From an uncultured Deferribacteres bacterium (GTDB taxonomy: Bacteria > Zhuqueibacterota > Zhuqueibacteria > Zhuqueibacterales > Geothermadaptataceae), in NCBI GenBank assembly GCA_964014485.1, contig CAXHAT010000090.1, positions 1 to 29,449 on the forward strand: a DNA stretch of 29,449 bases. Reading direction: 5' to 3'. This document shows positions 18,735 through 28,332 of the stretch, in pieces. A program made the position numbers and the translations under genes. Position 1 is the stretch's first letter. Every line of letters begins with the position of its first letter. The notes under the pieces are model-generated. The model was not told the DNA's origin. It was given only the letters and a program-made list of their open reading frames with translations, and ran no database searches.

Positions 18735-18762
18735 GTAGGGGTTCAAGATTTTGAACCCCTAC
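18735..18762. repeat. GTAG-type REP palindrome, family C, between convergent genes
   Basis: GTAGGGGTTCAA-GATT-TTGAACCCCTAC has perfect 12-bp arms; partial copy at 2229-2249. Confidence 0.8.
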
Positions 18763-18870
18763 ATCCGGTATGCCCGTCAATCAGAAACCATGTTTTTGGA
18801 CATTCCCATTCCGAGATTTTTGTAAAGCTGAGAAATGACGCATGAGAATGATATTTTCGAATAATCCGCG

Positions 18871-19992
18871 TTAGAGCTGCGCCAACAGTGACAGCACTTT
18901 ATCTTCGATATTCCCCAGTACATTTCGAATTTCCCCAAGGCGATTTTGTTTAGCCAGTTTTGAAAGCGGCTCAAGCGTGTTTTGAATATTCTGTCCCGCC
19001 CAAAACAAGTTCTGCCACGGCTTTCCAAGCGCCTGTTGCTCCCAGGCTTCGTTCAGCATGGCTTCCGCAACCAAGTAGTTCTCTCGCCGATCATCGTTTG
19101 GGATAAAACGATTCATGCGGTGCGGCATGTCATATTTTTCGCAAAGCTCGAAGAGCTTCCGGTGCTTTGCGAGCATATAGTTCGCCGTTGGAATATATGC
19201 GCCGGAATAAACGTCGGGGGTGTAAGAGAATTTGTAAAGCTTTTCATACTTGGGCATGAGTTCGGGATAACGGGCGTTGAGATGCTTGAGAAACCACTTG
19301 GCCTGTTGATCGCGCATCGTCATGCCGCCGCCGAAAAGGACATAATCGGCGCCGGCGTCTTTTGCTTGCCGGATCACGTTTTCCAAATCTTCGTCAGAGT
19401 CGCAGAGATAAGGGATGAGCGGAATCAGCAAAACGCCGACTTGCACTTTCGGCGCGCGTTTCTTGATTTCGGCAACGGTTTCGAAACGTTTTTGCGGCGA
19501 CGGCGCCCTGAAGTCTACAAATCTGGCGACTTCCTTGCTGGTCGTAGTTATGGTCAAAGAAACGGTGCACCAGTTTTCCTCTGCAATGGCTTCGAGTAAA
19601 TTGAGGTCGCGCAAAACCAGAGTCGATTTTGTGATAATATGCGTCGGAAATCGATGCTTTCTGAGCGTCTTTAAGATTGCGCGCGTATTACCGTAGATTT
19701 TTTCCGCCGCTTGGTAGCAATCCGTCACGCCGCCGATGCCGACTACGTCGGGGTGAAAAGTTCTGGCGCGGGACAGGCGCTGGTCGAGCATAGCGCCGAC
19801 GTTCATTTTTACAACGATTTTGTTTTCGAAATCTTCCGGCATGTGGTACTTGGCGCTGCGTGCGTCGCAATAAATGCAGCCAAACAGACAGCCGTTGTAG
19901 GGGTTAATCGTGTAACGGGTCCAAAACCAATTGTCAATGTATTTGAGCTTGTTTATAATCGATTTATATTGCTGTTCAATAAATTCCGGCAT
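18871..19992 (-). CDS. Radical SAM protein, SplB-like (Rv2578c/PA0069 type)
   Basis: YTINPYNGCLFGCIYCDAR (CxxxCxxC), GGVTDCYQAAE, IITKSTLVLRD, PLIPYLCD. Confidence 0.9.
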   Translation of the reverse strand: MPEFIEQQYKSIINKLKYIDNWFWTRYTINPYNGCLFGCIYCDARSAKYHMPEDFENKIVVKMNVGAMLDQRLSRARTFHPDVVGIGGVTDCYQAAEKIYGNTRAILKTLRKHRFPTHIITKSTLVLRDLNLLEAIAEENWCTVSLTITTTSKEVARFVDFRAPSPQKRFETVAEIKKRAPKVQVGVLLIPLIPYLCDSDEDLENVIRQAKDAGADYVLFGGGMTMRDQQAKWFLKHLNARYPELMPKYEKLYKFSYTPDVYSGAYIPTANYMLAKHRKLFELCEKYDMPHRMNRFIPNDDRRENYLVAEAMLNEAWEQQALGKPWQNLFWAGQNIQNTLEPLSKLAKQNRLGEIRNVLGNIEDKVLSLLAQL

Positions 19993-20081
19993 GACGACGT
20001 TCGCCTATTTTGAGAATAACAGTGAGGCAAATTTAGCAATGCGTTGGGAGAATTGAAATTAGAAAGGAATGTGTGTGGATA

Positions 20082-20132
20082 GAAAAGAGAACGCCCGATT
20101 CAGATTTGCTCAATCGTTTGAATCAGGCGTTC
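20082..20132 (-). terminator. Probable intrinsic terminator for the minus-strand gene 20158-21201
   Basis: Stem GAACGCCCGATTCA ... TGAATCAGGCGTTC, followed on the minus strand by TCTTTTC. Confidence 0.55.
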
Positions 20133-20157
20133 AATAAAATTGGAAATGGAGACCGCT

Positions 20158-21201
20158 CTAATTTTTCTTCTGCTCTACCTCGGTTTCTGTGCGTGCGTTT
20201 TTTTGTTTCATCATTCGATCTCGAAAAACGCGACGCAGAGAATCGGCTCTTTCGCCGTGCGTCAAGTTAAAGGCTTCAAAGGCTTTTAGGGCCTCAAGAT
20301 GTTTCAGGCTGCGGAGTTTCGCTAATTCGGAAAGAGCTGCTGTATTTTCAAGTCTTTCGAGTGATTCCAATTCGCGTCTTACTTGGCGCAATTGTTTGTG
20401 AACTTCGCGAGAGACGTCTTTTTGCCAGCGGACAAGTTTATGCGCTTCAAGCTCTTCCAGTGCGTGCTCAACTTTTGTGAGAACCTCCGGCGATAAGCTG
20501 TTTTTGAGGTGTTGGTCAATTGCGATTTTTAAGCCGTCTTCAAAATCGAAGCGCACGTGTCGGCGTAATGAAGCCTCGTCGATGTTGGTCTGGACGGTGA
20601 TTTCTTTGAGACGCTCGTCAAACTCGCACATGATTTTTATGCGCTGGGCTGCGATTTCAGGGGTTGGGGGAATTCTCATTGGGAGAGGTTTGGGCGACGC
20701 CGGGGACTGTGTAACTTTCGGCGAAGAATGAGGCGCGGAGACTTCGACGCCGAGTTCAATTTTTTCTGGAGCGTCAAAGCCTAGCGAATCTGGAAAGTCT
20801 ATCGATTCGAAAAAACGCATGGGAAATGACGGTTCGGGGATCGGCGCAAAATCGCTTTTAATTTCAAAGTCGGGAGAAGCGGCCAGGAAAAACGATTGCG
20901 CCAGCTCGGGCGTTAGCGCGGTGTTTTCTTGAGCTTTCCAGTTCAAAATGTTGGCTACGGCGTTTTCAAACTGACCGGGCTCCAGTTTCTCTTCCTCAAC
21001 CTGTGTGGCAAAATCATCATACATTTTTTCAATTTCACGACGATCTTCAGGGTTTGAAGTCATATCGACGAGGTGTTCTCTGACGAGCTCCAAAGAATCT
21101 TTGAGCGGGCTGTCGTCCGCCTGACGATACCACCAAACGCTTGCTGAAAGCAGAATAAAAACGCCGACATAAACGCCGACGTCTTTAATTAATTTTTTCA
21201 T
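20158..21201 (-). CDS. Hypothetical membrane-anchored protein
   Basis: ATG at 21201 with AGGAG RBS; N-terminal transmembrane segment VGVYVGVFILLSASVWWY; Pro-rich middle; C-terminal LxxLxx repeats. Confidence 0.75.
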   Translation of the reverse strand: MKKLIKDVGVYVGVFILLSASVWWYRQADDSPLKDSLELVREHLVDMTSNPEDRREIEKMYDDFATQVEEEKLEPGQFENAVANILNWKAQENTALTPELAQSFFLAASPDFEIKSDFAPIPEPSFPMRFFESIDFPDSLGFDAPEKIELGVEVSAPHSSPKVTQSPASPKPLPMRIPPTPEIAAQRIKIMCEFDERLKEITVQTNIDEASLRRHVRFDFEDGLKIAIDQHLKNSLSPEVLTKVEHALEELEAHKLVRWQKDVSREVHKQLRQVRRELESLERLENTAALSELAKLRSLKHLEALKAFEAFNLTHGERADSLRRVFRDRMMKQKNARTETEVEQKKN

Positions 21202-21412
21202 CGTTCTATCTCCTACAGCCTTTGCTGCGACAAAATGCGAGCTTAAATTATAAGACGCTGGCAAGAAGCCAATGGTTGTTGATTATTTTTAAGTTCTATC
21301 GGCAAAACGCCGAAGCGCAACGCTTGCATTGCATTTGATTCATCAATATATTTTTCGCTTGTAACATACGCAACAATCGCTGTATGGCGCATCAGAATTT
21401 CGGGAGAAAGAT

Positions 21413-24283
21413 ATGTTGCCACGCTTCGGAAAACTATTCGCAGTCGCCGTTGTTTTATTGTTCTTTTTATCAGGAATCGCACTCGCGCAACCTAAATCCA
21501 TTCAGGGAATTGTCAGTGACGCACGTTCCGGCCAACCGCTGCCGGGCGCGAATATCGTCATCAGCAAACTGGGTCAAGTTGATTTTCAGCGCGGCGATGC
21601 AACCGATGAAAATGGGCGGTTTGAAATCAAAAATCTTCCGTTCGGAACTTACTCGATCCGCATTTCATACATCGGCTATGAAAAAAAGAACATTGAGAAA
21701 TTTGAATTCCAGCAAGAAAGTAAATCGACGCTTAATTTTTCCCTTGAGCCTTCCAGCATTCAAATGAATCCGGTCTCGATAACCGCATCTCGCCGCCCGG
21801 AAAAAATTCTGGAGTCCCCTGCGGCGATCAATGTCATCGAATCAGACCAAATCGAAGCGCGGGCGACCACGACCGTCGTCGATCATCTTAAAGGCCAGCC
21901 TGCGGTAGACGTTCTTACTTCCGGCATTGTATTTTCAAACATTGCCGTGCGCGGTTTCAACGCTCCGTTTTCCGGATCATTGCTGATGCTTATTGACAAC
22001 AGAATCGCGCGCGTACCCTCGCTGCGACTGAATATTTATTCTTTGGTGCCGGCTTCGAACGAAGATATTGACCGCATCGAAGTTGTTTCCGGTCCCGGTT
22101 CCGCACTTTACGGCCCAAACAGCGCTAACGGCGTTCTGCATATTCTAACCAAATCGCCGCTCAGTTTTCCAGGTACACACATTAGCTTTGCCGGCGGAGA
22201 AAGAAGTCTGAGAATGGGCTCCTTCCGCCATGCACAGAAATTAAACGACAAAATCGGTCTGAAAATTTCAGGACAATATTACAAAGGCGAGGATTGGAAG
22301 CAATTTGACCCGGCTGAACCTGACTCCATTACTCTTGGCAGACAGACGGTGCAGGGACGAGAGAGTATCGGCGGTCCCATTTTGAACGAACGCAATTTCA
22401 CCGTCGACAAAAAAACGCTCGACGCGAGACTCGACGTCAAACTTAGCGATGAAACAACGCTTATTCTGAACAGCGCTGTTGATGAAATCAGTGAAAACGT
22501 CATCACTGATATCGGCGCCGCTTCGGCGAACGACTGGCGCTACAGTTATTTTCAGGGCAGACTAACCCACAAAAATTTATTTCTGCAGGGCTTCCTTAAC
22601 AAAAACTCCGCCGGACAAACGTATTTTTATCGCACCGGAGATTTGATCGCCGACGATTCCAGGTTGATGGTTTGGCAGGCGCAGCATTTTTTCGATTTAG
22701 GCCGAAATCAACGATTTACCTATGGCCTTGACGCCCTTTTGACCAGACCCGATACAAAAAACACGATTAACGGCAGTAACGAAGAAACGGACAACATCAA
22801 CGAGTTCGGCGCTTATTTTCAATCCGAGACTGACCTTTCAACGCGATTCAAATTTGTCGCGGCGGCGCGGGCGGATAGACACAGCAAACTCGACGATTTG
22901 ATTTTTTCACCGCGCGCGGCCCTGGTTTACAAAACGCCGGCCGGGCACAATTTTCGCGCCACCTACAACAAGGCCTTCAGCACACCCACAACCAACCATC
23001 TCTTCCTCGATATTCTAACCACGCAGGACGTTTACACTTTAGGCGCAATTCTCGAACCTTCATTAGGGTTTAATGGTGGGACGAATATGCGTGCTCAGGG
23101 CGTGCCTGAGTCCGGTTTTCAGTTTAGAATGAACAACGGAGCGCCACAATTTCGCTCTCCTTTTGCTCCGCTCGATCCAAGAAATTTGTCCACGAACGAC
23201 TTCATTGATCTAAATGACCCTACGTTTACCAATGTCATGTGGCAAGTTGCGAAAACCTCGATTTTGGACGGTTTTGCGGAGAGCCTGCGCATCAGTCTGC
23301 GGGAGCAAGGATTCTCCGACATTGTTATAGATAATTTGATTTTCGAGCTAGGGGAAAATATCATACCTCAGGAAGTTACCGGCGTTGGGAACACGCTCAA
23401 GCGTCTGAATCTTGAGACGCAAGCTTTTGAGCTTGACGACAACGTGCGCGACGTGGCGCGTCTCCAACCGACGACAACGCAGACTTGGGAACTTGGCTAC
23501 AAAGGATTGTTGAACAACAGGCTTTTGATGACTTTTGATTTGTACCATTCCAAAATCAACAATTTTATTGGCCCGCTGTTCGTTGAAACGCCCAATGTTT
23601 TTCTCGACGCCGCAACATTGCGAGCCAGCTTGACGCCGCAGATTAGTGAAAATATCAATGCTTCAAACAATTTCCTTTTACGTGGATTTATCAATCAATT
23701 AGACGATCCCGCAAACGGCGGCAACGGCAACGGAGACGCCGTCGACGATTTGGTTGGCGTTTTTGCGGATAACGCGGCGGAGATTCCGCTCGGCACCGTG
23801 AGCCCGGAAGGTGCGAGCGACCCGACGGCCGTTGTTTTGACTTACCGAAATTTTGGAGAAATCGATCTGACGGGTGCGGATTTGAGTTTGATGTATTACT
23901 TGAACGACAATTGGGTTGTCGGCGGGAACTATTCTTACGTTAGTGAAAACCTGTTTGAACGCTCCGAAACGCTTTTGCATGACATTCCGCTCAACGCGCC
24001 AAAACACAAAGCCGGTTTCAGCCTCAGCCGCCATTTCCGCGGCTTGAAATTGAATACCGAATTACGCGGGCGTTACGTCCAGGGCTATCCGTTCAGGGCG
24101 GGGGAGTTGATCGGGGATATTGATTCGTACGCCGTCGTCGATTTGAACGCTTCGCATGATCTTTCATCGAGCACGAAAGTGACGCTGTCAGTATCAAATT
24201 TGACCAACAACCGTCATCGCGAAGTGATCGGCGCGCCTGAAATTGGAAGGTTGGGCTTGTTGCGAGTGATGCAAACGTTTTAG
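21413..24283 (+). CDS. TonB-dependent outer-membrane receptor with N-terminal carboxypeptidase-regulatory-like domain
   Basis: Signal peptide; IQGIVSDARSGQPLPGANI...ISYIGY; TonB-box-like VSITASRRPE; plug DIDRIEVVSGPGSALYGPNSANGVLHILTK; C-terminal SNLTN...GR...F. Confidence 0.95.
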   Translation: MLPRFGKLFAVAVVLLFFLSGIALAQPKSIQGIVSDARSGQPLPGANIVISKLGQVDFQRGDATDENGRFEIKNLPFGTYSIRISYIGYEKKNIEKFEFQQESKSTLNFSLEPSSIQMNPVSITASRRPEKILESPAAINVIESDQIEARATTTVVDHLKGQPAVDVLTSGIVFSNIAVRGFNAPFSGSLLMLIDNRIARVPSLRLNIYSLVPASNEDIDRIEVVSGPGSALYGPNSANGVLHILTKSPLSFPGTHISFAGGERSLRMGSFRHAQKLNDKIGLKISGQYYKGEDWKQFDPAEPDSITLGRQTVQGRESIGGPILNERNFTVDKKTLDARLDVKLSDETTLILNSAVDEISENVITDIGAASANDWRYSYFQGRLTHKNLFLQGFLNKNSAGQTYFYRTGDLIADDSRLMVWQAQHFFDLGRNQRFTYGLDALLTRPDTKNTINGSNEETDNINEFGAYFQSETDLSTRFKFVAAARADRHSKLDDLIFSPRAALVYKTPAGHNFRATYNKAFSTPTTNHLFLDILTTQDVYTLGAILEPSLGFNGGTNMRAQGVPESGFQFRMNNGAPQFRSPFAPLDPRNLSTNDFIDLNDPTFTNVMWQVAKTSILDGFAESLRISLREQGFSDIVIDNLIFELGENIIPQEVTGVGNTLKRLNLETQAFELDDNVRDVARLQPTTTQTWELGYKGLLNNRLLMTFDLYHSKINNFIGPLFVETPNVFLDAATLRASLTPQISENINASNNFLLRGFINQLDDPANGGNGNGDAVDDLVGVFADNAAEIPLGTVSPEGASDPTAVVLTYRNFGEIDLTGADLSLMYYLNDNWVVGGNYSYVSENLFERSETLLHDIPLNAPKHKAGFSLSRHFRGLKLNTELRGRYVQGYPFRAGELIGDIDSYAVVDLNASHDLSSSTKVTLSVSNLTNNRHREVIGAPEIGRLGLLRVMQTF

Positions 24284-24289
24284 TGAAAT

Positions 24290-24332
24290 GACGGGTTGTT
24301 GGAAGCCGCTGTTGGACGTCCAATAACCCGTC
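24290..24332. terminator. Hairpin between convergent genes (possible bidirectional terminator)
   Basis: GACGGGTTGTTGGA ... TCCAATAACCCGTC forms a 14-bp stem with one G-U/mismatch. Confidence 0.55.
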
Positions 24333-24345
24333 GCTTCTGGAATAT

Positions 24346-25284
24346 TTACTCGAACAACGACATCAAGTTTTCTTCTGACATTTCCATCGTCTCGAAGGAT
24401 GGGAATTCGAAGGTCAACGTTTCGTCAAGCGCGGTGCAGCCGGGATCAACATCGGGGATGACCGGCTCTACAGCGCGTTCCGCGACTTTCGCGCCCAAGA
24501 CAAACTCACCATTTTTCAGATCTACTTTGCGAACTTCCAACTTATCCTTCTCGAGAAGGACGGCCGTACGTCCGGAGAGAGGTAAATAGCTGCCGGTATT
24601 GATAATCGTACGGTCGCCAATGTCCCAAACTCCTGCGCGATGCGTATGCCCAATAAGAACAAACTTGGACATTGGTCGAAAAATGTCGGCGAGCAGATTT
24701 GCGCGATGGGGCGTCTGTTGCCAGAATTTCAAAATGCGGAAAGCGCGCCAGGGCGGCATGCCTTCACGTAGAATCATGGCGATTTTCGTCCACCAACTTC
24801 TCGGCACGTCGAGGGTGTGCATTTCAATGGAAATGGAAGCTTCTTTGACAGCGAAGAGGCGTTGTTCAAAATCAGAAAGTGCGTTTCGCCCCAACCGTTT
24901 TAACGCTTCGGTGTGGGCCGGGCCGGTGATGTTCGCTTCGCGACTCCAGGGCGCCAATTCGTGGAAAAGAATGTCGCCGTGCGTAATGAGCATCGCGCCG
25001 CCGTAGAGATCAAGATGGTTGGCCGAAGAGACCATCGGATCGTGGTTGCCGCTGACGTAGATTGGCGCAGCGCCTTCTTCCAAACAGATATTGCCAATAT
25101 CTTCCAAATGCTTGTTGGCCAATTCACGCGTGTTTGGCCAAAGAATCTCAGCAGTGTCGCCATTAAAAACGACGGTGGAAAAATTCTTGAACAAGGGACG
25201 CAATTGTTCGGCTTCGTGAGCATAACTAGCCGGATGTCCCAAGTGGATGTCGGAAAGTACCAGAATCGGGAAATCAAGGTCCAT
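24346..25284 (-). CDS. Calcineurin-like metallophosphoesterase (LpxH-like superfamily; substrate unknown)
   Basis: Motifs SDIHLG, NGD, GNHD, THGD, GHTH, NTGS; AGGAGG RBS before ATG 25284. Confidence 0.9.
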   Translation of the reverse strand: MDLDFPILVLSDIHLGHPASYAHEAEQLRPLFKNFSTVVFNGDTAEILWPNTRELANKHLEDIGNICLEEGAAPIYVSGNHDPMVSSANHLDLYGGAMLITHGDILFHELAPWSREANITGPAHTEALKRLGRNALSDFEQRLFAVKEASISIEMHTLDVPRSWWTKIAMILREGMPPWRAFRILKFWQQTPHRANLLADIFRPMSKFVLIGHTHRAGVWDIGDRTIINTGSYLPLSGRTAVLLEKDKLEVRKVDLKNGEFVLGAKVAERAVEPVIPDVDPGCTALDETLTFEFPSFETMEMSEENLMSLFE

Positions 25285-25542
25285 GTGTTCCTCCTGGATG
25301 CGAGACCATTTCTGCCGATGCGAGCAGCTTGAAAACGTTCTCCCCTGTGCGCCCAAGAACGTTTTGGATGAGCGGCCAAAACGCTTTATTCGCGCATAAA
25401 ACTATGAGAGTTTGTGAAAAACAGACAGCGGGTAATGCGTGCTTCTGCGGGGTGCTATAGATAGAGTTAGAGAAAAGAAGTCCTATATTCAAAAGATTAC
25501 TCGCATTGGCATGTATCGACGAAAATTGCGAGCAATTAAAAT

Positions 25543-25571
25543 TTGACATGATCAAAAATTCAAGCTATTTT
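25543..25571 (+). promoter_or_regulatory. Putative sigma70 promoter of the CDGSH gene
   Basis: TTGACA (25543-25548), 17-nt spacer, TATTTT (25566-25571). Confidence 0.55.
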
Positions 25572-25639
25572 ATACAAGCAACGCAATTTTATGCGCAGAA
25601 ATTCTTTCCGATTTTACACAAGCAAAAAAGGAGACCTCG

Positions 25640-25876
25640 ATGCCCGCCCCTGAAATCCCGCAAAAGTCGCCCTTTGTGATGGAAGTCGAACCTGGAAACT
25701 ATGCCTGGTGCGCCTGTGGACGATCTTCAAATCAGCCTTTCTGCGACGGTTCGCACAAAGGCACCGAATTCAGCCCGATCGTGGAGAAAATCACTGAGAC
25801 AAAAAAAGTCGCCTGGTGCGGATGTAAGCATTCGAGCAACAAGCCTTTTTGCGACGGTTCACATAAAAACGTGTAA
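25640..25876 (+). CDS. CDGSH iron-sulfur domain protein with two [2Fe-2S] motifs (MiNT/CISD3-like)
   Basis: WCACGRSSNQPFCDGSH and WCGCKHSSNKPFCDGSH; AAGGAG RBS. Confidence 0.96.
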   Translation: MPAPEIPQKSPFVMEVEPGNYAWCACGRSSNQPFCDGSHKGTEFSPIVEKITETKKVAWCGCKHSSNKPFCDGSHKNV

Positions 25877-25890
25877 TGATCTTGGCGACA

Positions 25891-25929
25891 GCTCGCGATT
25901 CGTCTTCTCGCAGACGAATCGTGAGTTTT
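25891..25929 (+). terminator. Intrinsic terminator after the CDGSH gene
   Basis: CTCGCGATTCGTCT-loop-AGACGAATCGTGAG followed by TTTT. Confidence 0.65.
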
Positions 25930-26067
25930 CCCGAAACCGTTGACGCCGCCTTTCAGGCATGCCTGACCTTCGTTCTAAACTGCATTTTCCGCCAAAATAT
26001 TTTCTGAAATTCAATCATACATCCGACATTCCGCACACAAAAATTGGAGATAGAAATAATTTCTTTC

Positions 26068-26200
26068 TCTCATTAACACCGTCCTTCAGGGCGGTGACAA
26101 GAGCGTCCTTCACCCTTCTCCCCCGCCGCGCTTGCGCGGCGGGGGAGAAGAAAAGTATGATTTTACCAAAACCCCGGCTTGAAAGCCGGGGCTAATGAGA
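26068..26200. repeat. REPIN-like composite element, family A, copy 2 (133 bp)
   Basis: Starts TCTCATTAA and ends CTAATGAGA. Hairpins CACCGTCC-TTCA-GGGCGGTG, CTTCTCCCCCGCCGCGC-TT-GCGCGGCGGGGGAGAAG (26115-26150) and CCCCGGCT-TGAA-AGCCGGGG. Confidence 0.85.
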
Positions 26201-26343
26201 TGCAAAATCTCATCAGGTGCAAAAGACATCTTGCAGCCGAACTAAAATTGTCGAAAAAGCGCTCTTTCAACAAATAATTTCAAATGCGACAATTGACGTG
26301 CGGAATGTTGGATACATAAACCGCAACGCCGCGAATTGATCGT

Positions 26344-26372
26344 TTGCAAAAACGTCAAAATTCTAGTATAAT
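26344..26372 (+). promoter_or_regulatory. Putative sigma70 promoter of the pruA-ylxR-fusion cluster
   Basis: TTGCAA (26344-26349), 17-nt spacer, TATAAT (26367-26372); AAGGAGG RBS at 26401. Confidence 0.7.
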
Positions 26373-26413
26373 CAAAAGTTTTGCCTGGAGTTGAGACCAT
26401 AAGGAGGAGTACG

Positions 26414-28045
26414 ATGTCTAACGCATATTTCAAAGCGCCAATACCAGCCAATGAACCCGTTCTAAATTACGGCCCCGGCTCGCCGGAGAAGGCTGAATTA
26501 AAAGCAAAAATTCAAGAGCTTAAATCCCGGGAAATCGAAATTCCGCTTATTATTGGCGGGGAAGAAGTGCGAACCGGCAACGTTGCGGAGATGCGTGCGC
26601 CGCACGACCACTCGATCAAGCTCGGCGTCTACCACAAAGCCGGCGAAAAAGAAGTGAACATGGCCGTTGAGGCCGCGCTTGAAGCGTACAAAGCTTGGTC
26701 GGTTATGCCGTGGGAACATCGCGCCGCCGTTTTTCTGCGTGCGGCTGAATTGCTGGCCGGACCTTGGCGTTCCGTCCTTAATGCATCAACAATGTTAGGG
26801 CAGTCCAAAACGGCGTATCAGGCCGAGATTGACTCCGCTTGTGAACTGGTTGATTTTTGGCGCTTTAACGCACACTACCTGACGCAGATTATGGGCGAGC
26901 AACCAGACAATTCTCCCGGCGTCTGGAATCGCAGCGAGTATCGTCCAATTGAAGGTTTTGTTTTTGCCGTCACCCCGTTCAATTTTACTTCAATCGCCGG
27001 TAATTTGCCGACAGCTCCCGCCTTGGTCGGCTGCGTTTCACTGTGGAAGCCTGCCTCAAGCGCCGTCTATTCAGCCTATTACATCATGAGGCTTTTGGAA
27101 GAAGCTGGCGTGCCGCCGGGAGTCATAAATTTCATCCCCGGATCAGGCAGTCAAGTCGGCAATCCGGTGATGGCTTCACCGTACTTGGCGGGCGTTCATT
27201 TTACCGGATCAACGCCAGTTTTCCAAGGCATGTGGAAGCAAATCGGCGATAATCTGCACAACATGCATTATTACCCAAGGATTGTCGGCGAGACCGGCGG
27301 CAAGGATTTTATTTTTGCGCATCCCAGCGCCGGCGTTGATGCATTGGTCGTGGGCGCTTTGCGCGGCGCTTTTGAATATCAAGGACAAAAGTGTTCCGCT
27401 GCCTCGCGGATGTATATCCCGCGTTCGATCTGGAGTGAATTTAAGGAAAAGTACGTCGCGGAAGTCGGCAAAATCAAAATGGGCGATCCGGAAAATTTCA
27501 CCAATTTCATGTGCGCCGTGATTGACAAAGGCGCGTTTCGCAGCATTGTGAAATATATCGATTTTGCACACGAATCGGACGAAGCGGAATTCATCACTGG
27601 CGGTGAGTATGACGATTCGAAAGGATTTTTTATCCAGCCGACGACGATTGTAACGACCAACCCGAAATTCCTCACGATGCAGGAAGAAATTTTTGGTCCG
27701 GTCATGACGATTTACGTTTATGAAGACGACCAAATCGATCAAGCGCTCGAACTCTGCGATACGACGTCGCCCTATGCTTTGACTGGCGGCATTTTCGCCA
27801 ATGATCGCGCCGCCGTTGTGAAAATGTCCGATACGCTTCGGAACGCAGCGGGCAATTTTTATGTCAACGACAAGCCGACCGGCGCCGTGGTGGGGCAGCA
27901 GCCTTTCGGCGGCGGGCGGGCTTCCGGCACTAATGACAAGGCAGGCAGCGCGATGAATTTGATGCGCTGGCTGACGGCGCGTTCAATTAAGGAAACTTTG
28001 TCGCCGCCGAAAGATTGGCGTTATCCGTTTATGCAAGAAAGTTAG
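26414..28045 (+). CDS. pruA: Delta-1-pyrroline-5-carboxylate (L-glutamate gamma-semialdehyde) dehydrogenase
   Basis: NEPVLNY, QAEIDSACELVDFWRFN, TPFNFTSI, FTGST, GETGGKDF, catalytic FEYQGQKCSAAS, EEIFGP, NDKPTGAVVGQQPFGGGRASGTNDKAG. Confidence 0.96.
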   Translation: MSNAYFKAPIPANEPVLNYGPGSPEKAELKAKIQELKSREIEIPLIIGGEEVRTGNVAEMRAPHDHSIKLGVYHKAGEKEVNMAVEAALEAYKAWSVMPWEHRAAVFLRAAELLAGPWRSVLNASTMLGQSKTAYQAEIDSACELVDFWRFNAHYLTQIMGEQPDNSPGVWNRSEYRPIEGFVFAVTPFNFTSIAGNLPTAPALVGCVSLWKPASSAVYSAYYIMRLLEEAGVPPGVINFIPGSGSQVGNPVMASPYLAGVHFTGSTPVFQGMWKQIGDNLHNMHYYPRIVGETGGKDFIFAHPSAGVDALVVGALRGAFEYQGQKCSAASRMYIPRSIWSEFKEKYVAEVGKIKMGDPENFTNFMCAVIDKGAFRSIVKYIDFAHESDEAEFITGGEYDDSKGFFIQPTTIVTTNPKFLTMQEEIFGPVMTIYVYEDDQIDQALELCDTTSPYALTGGIFANDRAAVVKMSDTLRNAAGNFYVNDKPTGAVVGQQPFGGGRASGTNDKAGSAMNLMRWLTARSIKETLSPPKDWRYPFMQES

Positions 28046-28050
28046 CGTTG

Positions 28051-28332
28051 ATGAAGCGCAAACATATTCCGGAAAGAACGTGCCTCGGTTGCCGGGTGAA
28101 GAAGGACAAAAGCAAGCTGTTGAGGTTTGCTTTTGTTGAGCCGGATCAGGTCATTCTAGACCAGAGAAAAAAACTGCCGGGGCGCGGCGCTTACCTTTGC
28201 GAGGATGAAGCTTGTTTGCAGCACGCTATGAAAAAACGCGCTTTAAGCCGCGCTTACAGAACGCAGATTCCGCCAAAGGGCTATGAATCATTGCGACTCG
28301 CATTTAATGAAGCAGTGAAAATTGAATCGTAA
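28051..28332 (+). CDS. ylxR: YlxR/RnpM (DUF448) family RNA-binding protein
   Basis: HIPERTCLGCR...K..LLRF and the hallmark GRGAYLC...CL; starts 5 nt after the pruA stop. Confidence 0.92.
   Translation: MKRKHIPERTCLGCRVKKDKSKLLRFAFVEPDQVILDQRKKLPGRGAYLCEDEACLQHAMKKRALSRAYRTQIPPKGYESLRLAFNEAVKIES

Noticed and set aside
21202..21412. Cobalamin or TPP riboswitch upstream of the TonB-dependent receptor
   Set aside because: The spacer is short and AT-rich, and I saw no B12-box or TPP core motif.
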